Assembly (NCBI RefSeq): GCF_009914755.1 | Contig: NC_060929.1 | Length of the DNA: 64,000 bases | Origin: the human T2T-CHM13v2.0 reference genome, Homo sapiens | Direction: 5' to 3' (one strand) | Part shown: piece after piece, positions 20,413 through 38,438 of the stretch | How positions within the stretch are numbered: the first letter of the stretch is position 1 | Layout of the letters: every line of letters begins with the position of its first letter | The notes under the pieces: model-generated | Told to the model about the DNA's origin: nothing | Databases searched by the model: none | Seen by the model: the letters and a program-made list of their open reading frames with translations, nothing else | Position numbers and translations under genes: made by a program

Positions 20413-20458
20413 TTAGGTTGGTACAAAAGGCATTGCGTTTTTTGCCATTACTTTCAAT
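20413..20458. mobile_element. Half of a MADE1 (Hsmar1 mariner MITE): single terminal inverted repeat
   Basis: ttaggttggtacaaaaggcattgcgttttttgccattactttcaat matches the Hsmar1 TIR; preceded by TA. Confidence 0.75.
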
Positions 20459-22974
20459 AAAAAATAGAACCAGCATTTAGAAATCTACTTTCAGAAACTT
20501 AATAAAATGAGAATTTGTCCTCTTTTACATATAGGAAGCCTGCATAATAAGCATTCTGTTGCTAGTACATAAGCTTCCCATTTTCATCAGGAAACTATAC
20601 ACTTACATTTCACTTTTACTAACTTCAATGCATGACTTCTACCTTCAAGGTGATTTCATGCTTCTAGCCACCATGTCTGTACTCCAGGACAGCAGCACAA
20701 AGTGTAGAAAAATAAAAAAGACATACCTCCCTAATGAGTCAACTGCACTTAAGGAGCCATCCCAGAAGTTTCACACGGCTTATTTGAATACAGCTATATC
20801 CAGATGCAAGGAATGCTGGGAAATGTGGTATTGTGCGCAGCTAAAGTTGGGATTATGTTAGTGAAAATGAGACCACGAACATTGGAAGGTTAAAAGCAAT
20901 CTCTCATGACATATACAATTACAGAAATTAAATTAAATCTTTAAGCAATGTGATAAACCTATGGAATGTTAACAGGCAAAAATAGCAACATTAAAAATTA
21001 CAGTGAGGGAATAAGGTATGATTCGTTTGTAGATGGTTTGTGTGTCATTAATCTAGGCAAAAAGTCATAAACTCCTCTAACAGTGACCACATGTATAAAA
21101 GAAATAATAATACACACTATGGCTAACAACATTCCATTTTGGCCTATTTACTGTTGTTAAGTCTCTATGGTTAGCATCAGAAATGTACAGTTTTGATAGC
21201 CTATGACCTCAACATGTTCAGTTTGATAGTAGAAAGGACAACATAAAGACAAACCAATCAACAAATAAGAATAAAAACTGTTAAAAAAAGGACAATATTA
21301 TCATAAGAACATAAGGATGTGATAATGTATTTGACATATCGTTTATTTATTGTTTTATAGTTGGATAATACATATAAATTTACTGCTCCTTCAATGTTAG
21401 AATCAATAGAATCATAGCAGAAGTAATTAAGCAGATAAAGATCAAAACGTCACCTTTATTACTTACTGTTTGAAAAATAGTCTAAGGCTGGTTTTACAGG
21501 GTTGCTCCTATCCATCACCTGATGTGAAGTTTCTTAGGAAGCTTCAGGACTACACCAAAGAAGCAGAACCTGCTCTTTCACTCTGTTGCATTGTGTGGAG
21601 TGCAGGCCATCATGACTGCTCTCTACAAGAAAAAGAAAGGAAATAATTAAGAAACGCACAAAAGTTTGTGAATTGAGAATCCCAAAATAGGTATGAAATT
21701 GGTTAGCTTTCTAAATTCACCAATCTCATAACTAACACCTGTCCCCATGCAGTGAATGAGTAAAGGATGGACAGACTCCATAATGATTATTCTAGGGAAA
21801 GCCTTCTGAGTAGAAAGAGGAGAGTTTTGCAAACAGTTTTGTAGAGTTTACTCTTGTTTATGCACTGATAATAAATAAGAGTTCCTAAAATTCTCTCTAG
21901 AACTCTAGGTAAATGAGATATTTCACTGCTCATGCTGTGTGACCTTCATGTCCCATCTGCCTAGACTGTAAATATGCTTTCTGAAGTTTAAAAGAATTAG
22001 TATACTATGCTTACATTAAGCAAAAAAGTACCCTTATTATGCAGGATCAAGTAACACTCTAAAGATTCATGTTTATGAAAAAACACTGATGATTCTATTT
22101 TATTATGTGTCTTCTAAAGAGAAAAATACTTGTGCTCTGCAGCATAATTTTACAATGTGCTATTCTAAATACTTTCATTTAAACAAGACCATTATGAAAA
22201 TGTTTTGCACACAGAAATATATTTTGAATACTTTTTTAAAAAGATCACAAAGTATATGGTCTCTGTACGTGTTCAATTATTTTAATGCTTTCACTATAAC
22301 AGGAATTCTTAAAGAGGATATGTACTTGCATAATGCTGATAATTCTTTCTCATTTCTGTTTGTGCTTTGGCTGTTGTTACAACCACTGAAAGTAGTAATT
22401 ACATGAGTGTATTATCCATGATTATCTTTAGATATATGTGCATTTTCTTTAATTAAACTATAAACTCTAAATGAAAAATAAAAAAGAAGTCACCTCTTGT
22501 CTCTTTGTACAATATTAAAATTTTTTTCTTGTATCCAGAGTTTCCCAAATGCCTGTTGCAAAATTTTACTTAGGGAGTAGAAAGTGGAGAATCAATATGG
22601 TAAAAAAAACTGTGTTACAGGGAAGGAGACACAGGGTAAGCATTTTCCTTATCTTCTCTCCTGTATCTACGTGCTGCACAAGCATAAATGATAGCAGTCA
22701 CATGAACGAGTACTTTTCAAGAACGTAGAATATGGTGATGGAAAAAAAAAACCGCTTTGAAACATCGAATAATATAAAAGCCAGAACTACTACAACTATT
22801 TTTTACATCCATAGAAGGTAAACTATTTTTAGATATAAAATTCCTTCTGACGGTAGTCCTGATCATTTAACCAATATTTTGATAAATCAAAGAAGGGAAA
22901 AATGGACATTCAGTCCAAAGATGGGCATGTATTCCCATGCCCAGTCAGGCAAAATTGTGGATGTTCTTTAAAAT

Positions 22975-23140
22975 AACAATTCATTCAACAAATAATTTTT
23001 AAATGGCTACTGAATACCTGGAAAGGTTCTAGACACAGGGGCTATAGTAAGAAACAAGAAGGAACTAATTGACAAGAATGTGCTCACCGACAATGAAACA
23101 TCTCCTCATGGAGCTTGAGTTCTGTTTGAAAAGACAGAGA
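22975..23140 (-). mobile_element. L2 3' fragment
   Basis: attcattcaacaaataattt...ttctagacacagggg...cctcatggagcttgagttct. Confidence 0.55.
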
Positions 23141-23999
23141 ACAAAAAAATATTATTGCACAGAGTGTTAGTTATGTGTGAATTAAAAGACTGGTCAGTAC
23201 TTGAAGGAGAAGGAGTGACAACAAATCTCACTTCCAGTTCTATTTACCTGAACAGATTAATTCTATTTTGTTTCAATGCAACAGTAGTCCTACGGTTAAC
23301 AAGATGCACTACACAAAGCAAACAACTTATAAAACGCATTTTTTCCTTATATTGCAAATCAATTTTAAGTGGATCTACAAATATACAATAAATAATATAA
23401 ATTACGGATCGTTTGTTTCTAAGGTAATAAGTACATTTGTTAATTTCACATAAATAATTTCAGAAGGAGAGCAAATGTAAAAATGTGTTTTAGACAGTGG
23501 AGATGCCATTTTATTGTAAGACTATTTATACTCAAAGGACAAAGTAATCAGCTTTCTATGTCAATGATCGTCCTTCTCTATTTCACCCAGTTCCAGACAA
23601 ACCCAAGTCTTCCAAGTCTCTTCATATATCTGATCCAATAAAATCTATAATGAGTTCAGTTAGCATACACACACACACACACACACCACACACACACAAG
23701 CACACAAACACACACACATGACTGCATTGAAATACTTGCTCTAGGGAAGGAACATAGTGTATATGCAACTTGTGTACTTTCTAAGTATGGGAAGACTAAT
23801 CCTTTAACAACTGCATTTACTTTCTTTCACTTCTATCGTTGCTATCTACTCCTCAGAAATCTACTTAAACAACCAATAAATATATATGATGTTGTTATGA
23901 GAGTTTTGGAAATAATTCCTAAAAATTTGCATGGTTGCCTCTTTATATTTGGCAGCTTCTATCACCCATGGGAACAACCCCTACAGAATGATCAGAATA

Positions 24000-24265
24000 T
24001 AAAGCATGTGAGCCCTGGGTTTCTCAGGCACTGGAAGGACCTGTCAGAATCCTCTCAGGTGGGTCAAAATGGCCAGGCTTTATAACCTCATCTCCATTCG
24101 TGTTTGCATGTCCAGTGCTCCAGGATGCCCTAACATTGAGCCAGACAATGGTTACAGCTGAGGCAAACTTTGAAGGAGCTGAGAGCTGAAGGCTGCTTTG
24201 TAATATTGCTCCTAGCAGCCAAGGGGGAAAGAAATCTTTTCTTGAAGAGCGATCTGTGTCCATAG
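24000..24265. mobile_element. Old ERVL-class LTR fragment (LTR16/LTR40-like)
   Basis: cagctgaggcaaactttgaaggagctgagagctgaaggctg...ctcctagcagc...cttgaagagcgatctg. Confidence 0.4.
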
Positions 24266-26179
24266 CAAAATGTTTTTTTCTTAGCTCTTGTAAAATCGAA
24301 ATTGTTTGCTTTTGAATTTTTTTAAATGATTCCTTTAAGATTCTTAATACCAAGATATCACAAGGTCAAGGAATTTTATAAAGAAGTATTTCTATTTATG
24401 TAATTTCCTAAATTTATCTATACACAAATCAGCACTAAAACATGCCTTTGATACTAACAACTTGATCGGTTTGTGAACCAAATCTGTCATGCAAATACAT
24501 ACGGCTGTTTTTAGATAAATTCTAAAGGTATTACCAAATCATTTAATTTTATTGTGTATCTCAATATTCTGGTTGATGTATAAGTTTAAATAGAACAAAC
24601 TATTTGACATTGAAATGTTCTTTATCAAAGGAGAAGGAATACAATTTTAAAGCCACAACGAGTGACACATAGTTCTGAATGATTTATTGGCTGTCTGCCA
24701 TTCTGAAATGGCTGCCAGTCAATGTTACATGTGACATCTTTCAGATAGTGTGAACTCTTTTATGCAAGCACCTTTCACTATAAAATTACAGCTGGAGATC
24801 ATGAAGAGAAAAGTGTGGTGTTTATCTTAATGGGCTGAAAGACCTATTTCAACAGTTACAGTAATTCAGAAAAATAGTCTGAAGTCTAGTATTTCAATAA
24901 TGTTATTTTCATAGATTTTAATCTCTAAAGACAATGCTTCACTTTTGTAGAAAATGACTTTTCTAATCATCCTGGATTTCAAAATTCTTTCCATTACTTA
25001 ATATTTAAATCACTGGCAGAACTTGGCATGAGGACTAGAGAGCTGTCACCAAGCAGCCAGTCATTTTTCTTGGCTTCCCATATGCCATGCCCAGCAATAG
25101 AGCATTTCTTAGTAGCTGAGGAATAGCAGCAGTGCTAAACACAGAGATGACATTAACAGGAATGAGAGGGTCCAAGCTGTTTTCCTAGACTAATTCTCAT
25201 TCAGCCTGAATTCAAAGCATTTTCCTATCATTATCATAGATATTTCGCTTGTGGTATTATCTATCTTTTGGCAATGTTGATTTTTTTCTGATTATCCAAA
25301 TAAGTAATGTTAATGGAAAAAATCAGATATTAGGGGAAAAAAAAATCTAGAAATAAATGTTAACCCAAGACAATAACAATTCAATTAATTTATATGATAC
25401 CTTAGGGATTGTGTCAATTATTTTTTAAATGAAATTCAAAAAATTCAACACCTGTGTTTTCTCCTATGATTACAAATTCAACCAGGGCACAATTGTAAAT
25501 GGTTGTATTTGGTTGAATTTTTAGATTGTTTATAAGTTTTACTCTTGCAGACAATAATAATGGAGTTTCTTTGAAAATAAATTTAGTTGTTCTATAACCA
25601 AGGCATAAATATTCAATTCAATAAAATTAGCAAAAATATTAAATGAAAAGTATATTATATATAAAATGCATAAATAAAATATCCTGCACTGATCATTTTA
25701 TGTCTATGGTTACCCTATTGATTCTGTGCACATTTGCATATGGGTATATATGCAATTTTATACAATGAAGTATTAATAGTGTACATAAATTTAGTAATTA
25801 TTTTACCCCTTAAAAGTATATGCAATGAGTGTCACTTATATATAAATTCTGTTAACGTGGAAGAAGAATGTTAGTCAAAAAAACTACGAATTTAACAATT
25901 TTCTGGTTAATTCAAAGGGCTTTCCAAAAATGTCTTTTAAAATTCAATTTCATTTATTTTCTCATAGCAGAATATGAGAATGAATCTTTTTTGCTGCAAA
26001 TTGGCTAGCAATAAATTTTTATTTTTATTATTTTAATTCTGTGAATTTCGGGAATGGAGTCTCATTCAGTATAAATATTATAATACTAATGAGATTGACT
26101 CCCTCCTTCTTATTAACAGTGTGCATTTTTACCCTCCGTGATTCAGTGCATGGTGTAGTGCTATAATTAAAAATGAACA

Positions 26180-28251
<2,072 letters not shown>

Positions 28252-29767
28252 TGAACATTTCAAAGATGTGCTTCCAAATGCCAAATCATCACTAAAAAGC
28301 TCTGTGGCATAGAGGAAATTTCACAACCTTTTAGTGCCTCAATTTTGTGGAAGAATGGTTAGGAGGCTATTGCAATAACAAAAGAAAATTTGAATAGCTG
28401 TATCCAACATGAAAAGATTGCTAGTAGAATTAAATGAGTTACTATAGGTAAAACAATCAGGGAAGTAATTAAAGAGAATCTGCACTAACATTGTTTTATT
28501 AATTTAAAATATCTGTACACAATCCTTTGACTCATTTGGAATTAGTTTTAGTGTATTTTAGAAAATAAGGTTTATTTTTTATTTTCTCCCAAAACAATTC
28601 TTCAAGACAACTTTTCGAACAGTAAATTCCTTCTTTGTTTATAATATGTATTTTAATAAAGTCACTTATCTTCATGATTTCTAGGACATCGGTTCTATCT
28701 AATCTATTGTTCAGCATTCGTCTGAGTATTTTCTGAGCAGCAATTAACCCCTCTGTACCTCTGAGTGCCCACATTTCCTTGATCCATTTCACCTTGCTGA
28801 TCAATCCTTCTTTACTCATAGTCTAAATTTTTTTTTTAGAACTTCTGAGAGTGCCCCAAACCTTGGTCTTGGGTCTTCCTTCAATCTTATTTGTCTTTCC
28901 ACCTGATCTTAATTATTTACATCACATTATACCCTATCTTTATGGTGACAAATCTCAAAATTATCTCTCTGACCTAAACTTATCATTAAAGATTTGGTTG
29001 CAACTTATTAAGAAGTCAGGTTCAATGTAATACATGCATTGTTGATTTAATATGCTCATCAAAATACTTAAAATTTTATTTGAATGCAAAAAAATAAAGC
29101 TTTTAATTTTATCTCCTATTTAATAATTTTGACAAAAACATTATACCAATCATTACTAATTATTGCTGGCTTTTAAAATATTATCTGATTAAATATTTTT
29201 GACTTGGAAAAATGGTAACAAATGCTTCTCTCTTTCTTGTCCCCTTGAACCATACTTGATATATTGCTTTTTCCAAATCCGGGCCACAAGTTCAGAATAT
29301 AGCCTGTTAAAATATCTTCTATGTATAAACTATCTTTAAATTTTCTTGAGAGAATACTGAGTAACCAAAAGCATTGCTCCTTCACCCTACAAAAGAGAGA
29401 AAAATTAAAAAATCACATTAATTTGTAATTTTAAATGGTAATTAAAGCTATTGTGAGGGCTCTTTTATCGGCCAAACTTGTGAACAAAAAACAGCTCAAA
29501 TTTATGTGTAAATAAAATATATTGAGATGAAGCCTTTCATTCAATGTGTGATTTTCAGTTCAAAAAAACACACTGATGTTCAAGAACAAAGACTGGTACA
29601 ATAACTATCTACAAAATGCTTTTGTTACTAGATTTTAATTCCTTCATCAAACAGACACAGTCAAAGTTGATAGTGTCACTAGATCTAGAGGTCTATCAAT
29701 ATCCTTCCCACCATTTAATATGTTCTTAATCTCAGGGAAATTCTAAATCATATTCTTCTAAATTGTA

Positions 29768-30807
29768 CAGTTGACTCCTGAAAAACACAAGGTTTAGGGC
29801 CATCAAACCTCCCTAACCCCTCCCCACCACCCCAGCACAGTCAAAAATTCACATATAACTTTGGACTCCCCAAAACTAAACTAACAGCCTACTGTTGACT
29901 GGACAATCCTTAACACATATTTCATACGCTGTATGTATTTTACACCGTAGTTTTACAATGAAGCTAGTTACAGAAAAGAAAGTGTTATTAAGAAAATTAT
30001 AGGGAAGAAAAAATACGTTTACAGTACTACAGTATATTTATTTCTCTCATAAGTTTACAATCCCGTGTTTACAAGATGGATCCTTCTTCTGAAATGGCAG
30101 CACACACAGCTGCAGGCCTCAATCTAGGGTACCTATCAAGCAATTCATTGTTTTCCTGTAATGTCAGGACCCTTCTCTGTTTCCTGGAAGAACTTTCAGC
30201 ATCACTAGCAGCACTTTTTATAGGTCTGAAGGTGTTATTCAAGGTTTATGGTATTGCACTAGACATCATGAATAATACAGGAGAAACATGAGAGAACACT
30301 TTTTACTGTGTTAATTTACTGGAGAGACAAGCTACTCACAAGAAGATGATTAGCATTATGTGGCATTTTAAGTGAATACTCACAACACTTGAGTTCACTG
30401 CAAGAACAACAGGTGGAGGCTAGGAAATTATCCCAGTAGTACAGTATGTACTACAGTTAATTTTGTGCAGTTATGATTTACTTTTGTATATTTTTGTTTT
30501 ACTTTTCTCTAAACTTCAATTGGCTGCATGTATGCTCTGTGTTTGCCTACGTCTTGATAAATTTTAACTTTTTATAATAGACGCATATATATCTCATTGT
30601 ATTAAATGATCACTAGTATCTACATATGATTTATGCATTCATGACATCGTTTTCTTAGTTTTTTAATATTTCTTGTGTAGATGGGTCACCTGTTATCTTT
30701 TTCAATTTTTCATAAATCTCCAAAAATTTTCTAATATATTTATAGGAAAAAATCTACATATGAGCAGACCTGCACAGTTCAAACCTGTGTTGTTGAGGAG
30801 TCAACTA
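29768..30807. mobile_element. Tigger2-derived non-autonomous DNA transposon (Tigger2b-like, ~1.04 kb)
   Basis: TIRs cagttgactcctgaaaaacac / gtgttgttgaggagtcaacta; TA on both flanks; internal ataactttggactccccaaaact. Confidence 0.85.
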
Positions 30808-32617
30808 TATATTATAATTTAAGAGAGGATTCAACTCTTTCATTCTACTGGCAATGGGTTAACATAAACTTTAGTCAGAACTGCTGAGCTTTTCTGGCAC
30901 AATGAGGACAAATTGACCAATGTATTTAACCAATAGCTGGGGGAAAATTTTGCTAAAATTGGTAAGTATATCTTTATATAACTATATCCTTACAACTTGT
31001 CTCAACCTTCGTCAGATTAATCCTAACAAAACTGTAAAATGTCTCAGTAAAAATCTAAATGAATTTTTCATAACAAGTGCTGGCAATAGATTTTAAATAT
31101 GTTCTGATCATTATTTGTCTCTTGTTGGCATGGAGAAAATCCTTTTTTTTTTTTTCAGCCTGGGGAATCCCAAACTATATCTCTAGTAACAAGGAAACCA
31201 TTTTACCGGAATTTTTATTAACATGGAAAAGTTCTGTCAATTAATCAGACTTCACTGTCCATATCACTTTCAACCTTTTGGGAAGGTAGAAAGATGGAAT
31301 TCTGAAACTAAAGTTGGTAAAGTTCACAGACATCGTCAAACTTGCATGGTCTAAGGTATTTCTTCTTTCTGTGGTTCATGAGTTAGTAACAGCTAAACCA
31401 AGTGTCTAGGAATATTAGCTCTGATTCTAGAAATCTACACTTATTTAACTAAATGCTGTAAGGACTCAGGAAATCCATTCTTTCAACAAAAGTTACTGAA
31501 GACTTTCCCCATTAGTATCCTAAACAATGTCTGCAAAATTGGTTTTCATACCTGGATACCTTGTCTTCTAAGAGACACGGCAGGGAAAGATCATAGGAAA
31601 AAAGTCACTATCAGGCACAGCTAACAACTAGCAAACCCATAGTCTTTAAAAGACTGATCCTTTGATTCCTATCTCTCAAGTAAAGAGGTTTAGGTCATCT
31701 TCATATTACAGGAAAGTATCCCTACCAAAAACTTCTAACTAATGACTCTTAGGATTCTTCCAAAAGCAAATAGTCTTTGGGAGAAGACAGCTTCCATCAA
31801 ATGCCTTTGGATCAAGTGAATCACTATATGAGATATCGGTATCTGCAAACCAAGATCCACAAAAAAAGATCCATTGTTTGTCATATTTAATCTGTATATC
31901 TTGAGTTTTCATTTTCCTAGTTAACTTTATCTTTTTATGCTTAAGGTTACATTTAATTACTTTACCTATAAAGCTACTATTCCTAATTCCTCTATGCCGT
32001 CCTTAGTCACTCTCTAGAAGAGTCCGGAAGCTGGCCGTAATTTGTTCACAATTTGGCTAAACATGCAGTTGAATCAGTGCTAAGCTGCACACATTTTCCT
32101 TAGGATGCCAATTAGAGTTCTTTTTTTTTAACATCGATTCCTAAATATGAAACATCTGGGTTTATCAATAATTGGACTCACTATTTATTGTTATTTTATC
32201 TGACAAACAGCAGAGTATTAGATAAATAGAAATCTTAAATCCTAACATGCTGCACCCAGGAAAGAAAGCTTATGCCTACAGCAGAACAGCACTTAGGGAT
32301 CTTTAATAGAATGCAACTTCTGTCACTAAACCTTTAGAAAGAAATGTCTTAAAAAGAAGAGAACAAATGGCACATACTTAATTCATTTCTCACATTTACA
32401 TATCATAAAAAATTCTTATTACATATTCAAGCTCCTATCACATCTACCTCTTCCTCTATGTGATAAGGTCTTCATTTTATATCCCCAAAAGTGATTAATA
32501 GCAGAATGGAGCTGAAAGCAATCAATAAACTCAATCAACCTTAATGACTGCTACTGGATTTGTGGTACCAGAACCTATTGATTATTACAGCAATCTTGAC
32601 ATAAACTAACATACTGA

Positions 32618-33570
32618 TGTGGTAGTCAGAATAATGGCTCTTCAGAGATGATGCGGTCCTAATCCAGATAATTTATAAATTTGTTAGCTTACCTGGCAGG
32701 ACAGACTTTGCAAATGCAATTAGAGTTAAGGATTTTGAAATGGAGAGACTATCATAGATTTTTAGATGGCCAAATGCAATCATAAGATTCTTTACACGTA
32801 GAAGAGGGAGATATAAAAGGAGAATGTGAAGACTTGCTCCTTCATTTGTAGCTTTGAAGGTCAAGGAAAGGAACTGTTATGAACTGAATATTTGTGTCTC
32901 CCTAAAATTAATCTATTGAAGATGATTGGCATTGTTCAAATATTAATAGATTATTTTCAATGATCTATTAATTGGCAGTGTGATAGTATCTGGAGATGGA
33001 GCTTTTGGGAGGAACCTAGGTTGAGATAATGTCCTAAGTGTGGTGTTCTCATGATAATGTTAGTGTTCTTATAAGAAAAGGTGGAGATACTAGACCACCT
33101 CCCACCCAACCACCCTTCTCTTTCTCTCTCCGTAAACATGTATCCAGGAAAGGCCATGTGAACACAGAGAGAAGGAGGCCATCTACTAACCAGAGAGGGA
33201 GTGGGCCCTCACCACGAACCAAATATACCAGCACCTTAATCTTGGACTTCCCAACTTTCAGAACTCTGAGAAATAAATGTCAGTTGTTTAAGTCACCCGG
33301 TCTATGGTATTTTCTTACAGTATTCCAAGCTGCCCAAGACAGGGAACATGCATCAAAGAATGCAGCTGGATTCTAAAGCCTGGGAAAGGCCAGGTCATGG
33401 ATTATTCCACAGAGCCTATAGAAGGAATGCAGTCTTCCAATGCTTTGATTTTAAATCAGTAAGACCTGTGTTGAACTTCTAACCTGGAATACTGCTAGAC
33501 AATAAATTTATGTTGTTTTAAACTACTAAGTGTATTGTGATTTTTATAACAGCCACAGGAAAATAATACA
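32618..33570 (+). mobile_element. MLT1C/D-like LTR split by an MLT1A LTR
   Basis: tgtggtagtcagaataatggc, gactttgcaaatg..gttaaggattttgaaatgg; resumes at 33341; ends cagccacaggaaaataataca. Confidence 0.75.
32876..33340 (+). mobile_element. MLT1A-type LTR (nested)
   Basis: tgttatgaactgaatatttgtgtctccc...tcttggacttcccaactttcagaactctgagaaataaat...ccaagaca; ggaac on both flanks. Confidence 0.8.
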
Positions 33571-33699
33571 TTTGGCAAATCAGTGCATGTTTCATGATGG
33601 TCAATGATATGCCCCAGGGTCCATCTTAGCCATGATTTCTATCCCTTCAAAAACCAAAACAAAATAAAAAAGTAAAACAAAAAGACCAATTTTACTATA

Positions 33700-33912
33700 C
33701 TACTTGATTTTTAACAATATTTTATATGTATTTAATCCAGTATATCCAAAATATTGTCATCTCAGCATAAAACAATATTAAAATTATTCAGTTTTACATT
33801 TTTTAAACTAAATCTAGTTTGTATTTTACATATAGCATAAATCAATTCAAATCCACCATATTTCAAGTGTTCAATATCTACATGTCACTAGTAATGACTA
33901 TAGTGGACAGAA
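33700..33912. mobile_element. MER33 (hAT-Charlie) fragment
   Basis: atttaatccagtatatccaaaatattgtcat...catatttcaagtgttcaata...gtggacag. Confidence 0.6.
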
Positions 33913-34860
33913 TTGATCCAGATTTCCAGGTGTATTGCTATAAAACTAACCATATTTTTATCTTATTAAAACAAAACAAAACTCCTCCATAACTATGTCT
34001 ATGTTCCTTTTGCTTTTATTAACATTGAACATATTCTTGTTTTTAATCTAATTTTGTCTGTATTTAGGTCTATTTTTTGGTGGTGTTATTTCTTGTATGC
34101 TTGGCATCAACTTTTTTTTCAATTTCTTAGACTATCTAAACTATTATGCTCTGAGTTTAGCTCAATTTCAATCAGCTACTCACTTTGAAAGACTCATTTA
34201 ACTCTCTTAAGCCATTCTCCACAAACATGAAAAATCTTCCTCTCACTCTTCCCTGCTGAAACACTGCAAAAGTATGTCAAAATGGTGTACTTTCTTGGCA
34301 CAGGGTTTCAATAAACTTAGTTTTGCTTTAATAACAAATTATCTGAATATATTTCAGGGAGTTCCACTGGTAAAAGCATAAAATCATGTTAGTTCAGGTC
34401 ATCTTTTGTAAAGTTATGACAGTGCCATAGTATCAATTCTTGTCAAAATTTATGACTTCAAAATCAACTTAATATGCATCAACATAGATATTTTTTAGTT
34501 AATTCTAGACTCCAGGTGCTCATTTAAATAATATGGGTACATAAGACTGAACAAAACCAGTTGCTATTGAATGTACATTTTAGAGAAATACTTCATACAC
34601 AGCTCTGTTTTGTTAAATAAGGAACTTGATGACATAATCAATATCACGGCAGCATACAACTGTTTGGTTAGTATGTCTCTTTAAACAAGCACATATGCTC
34701 ATTCATGGAGTGTGTATTTGTATCTGTGTATGGTCTGTGTGGTGAAGCAGCAAGCAACAGTTGGATGTCTTAATTATCTAACAGGAAAAAACACCTAAAT
34801 AATCAGAAGAAATTTTGATTTATTTATTAGTTCGACTGAGCTTTTCTCTTGAATGTAACA

Positions 34861-37611
<2,751 letters not shown>

Positions 37612-37623
37612 ATTATATCCCAT

Positions 37624-37626
<3 letters not shown>

Positions 37627-37666
<40 letters not shown>
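37627..37666. repeat. (CA)n microsatellite
   Basis: About 20 perfect CA units. Confidence 0.95.
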
Positions 37667-37669
<3 letters not shown>

Positions 37670-38438
37670 TTAATCTGTTTACAGAAATAAAAGGAATAAA
37701 ATACCGTTTCTATTATACACCAAAACTAGCCATCTTGACAGATACTTCACTCTGAAAAATAACGTTTTATAGCTACTTTACAGATTAGTATAATAATTTG
37801 GTGTTTCTGTTTCAGAGATTCGATTTCACATTTCAATAAGTAGGCCGCTCCCTCTGCTAAGCCTGGGAATGTAATTCTTTTGAAAAACTATCTGTGCTGT
37901 AAAATTACATGTCATATTGGGAAAAGGACAATCGCAAACAGTAGTCACACATAAAATCAAGCAACACAGACATCCTTTTCACATACAGTGAAGACCCTTG
38001 TCAATTTTGAGATTACACAGGAAAACAGAATGGGGGACAAGTGTCTCTGACACATAGAAAATCCCGTGAAGAAGAACTCAGCTGACACAATCAAAACATA
38101 CACAAAACTGAAAGAAACAAGGTGAGTGCTTTTTATATTAGTTCAGCTGTCAAGAAAGTGTAAAATAAACCTAACATTTTTTTACTAAGTGAGGATTTTC
38201 TTTTTTGAAACATCATCATTTATATTTATCCAGTTTGCAACTTCATCAGCTGAATCTCAGGATGTGTTCCATGACACTGAAGGACAATTAAATCATATCC
38301 ATGACAATATATGAGAAGCTGACAGGAGAACATGGTGGCATTTGAATTAATGTCTATCATTAGATAGAATTTCTGATCACATAATTTAAGTTGTAGTTTT
38401 CCATACAATTTAATCAAGATAAGCACTTATTAGGTGAG

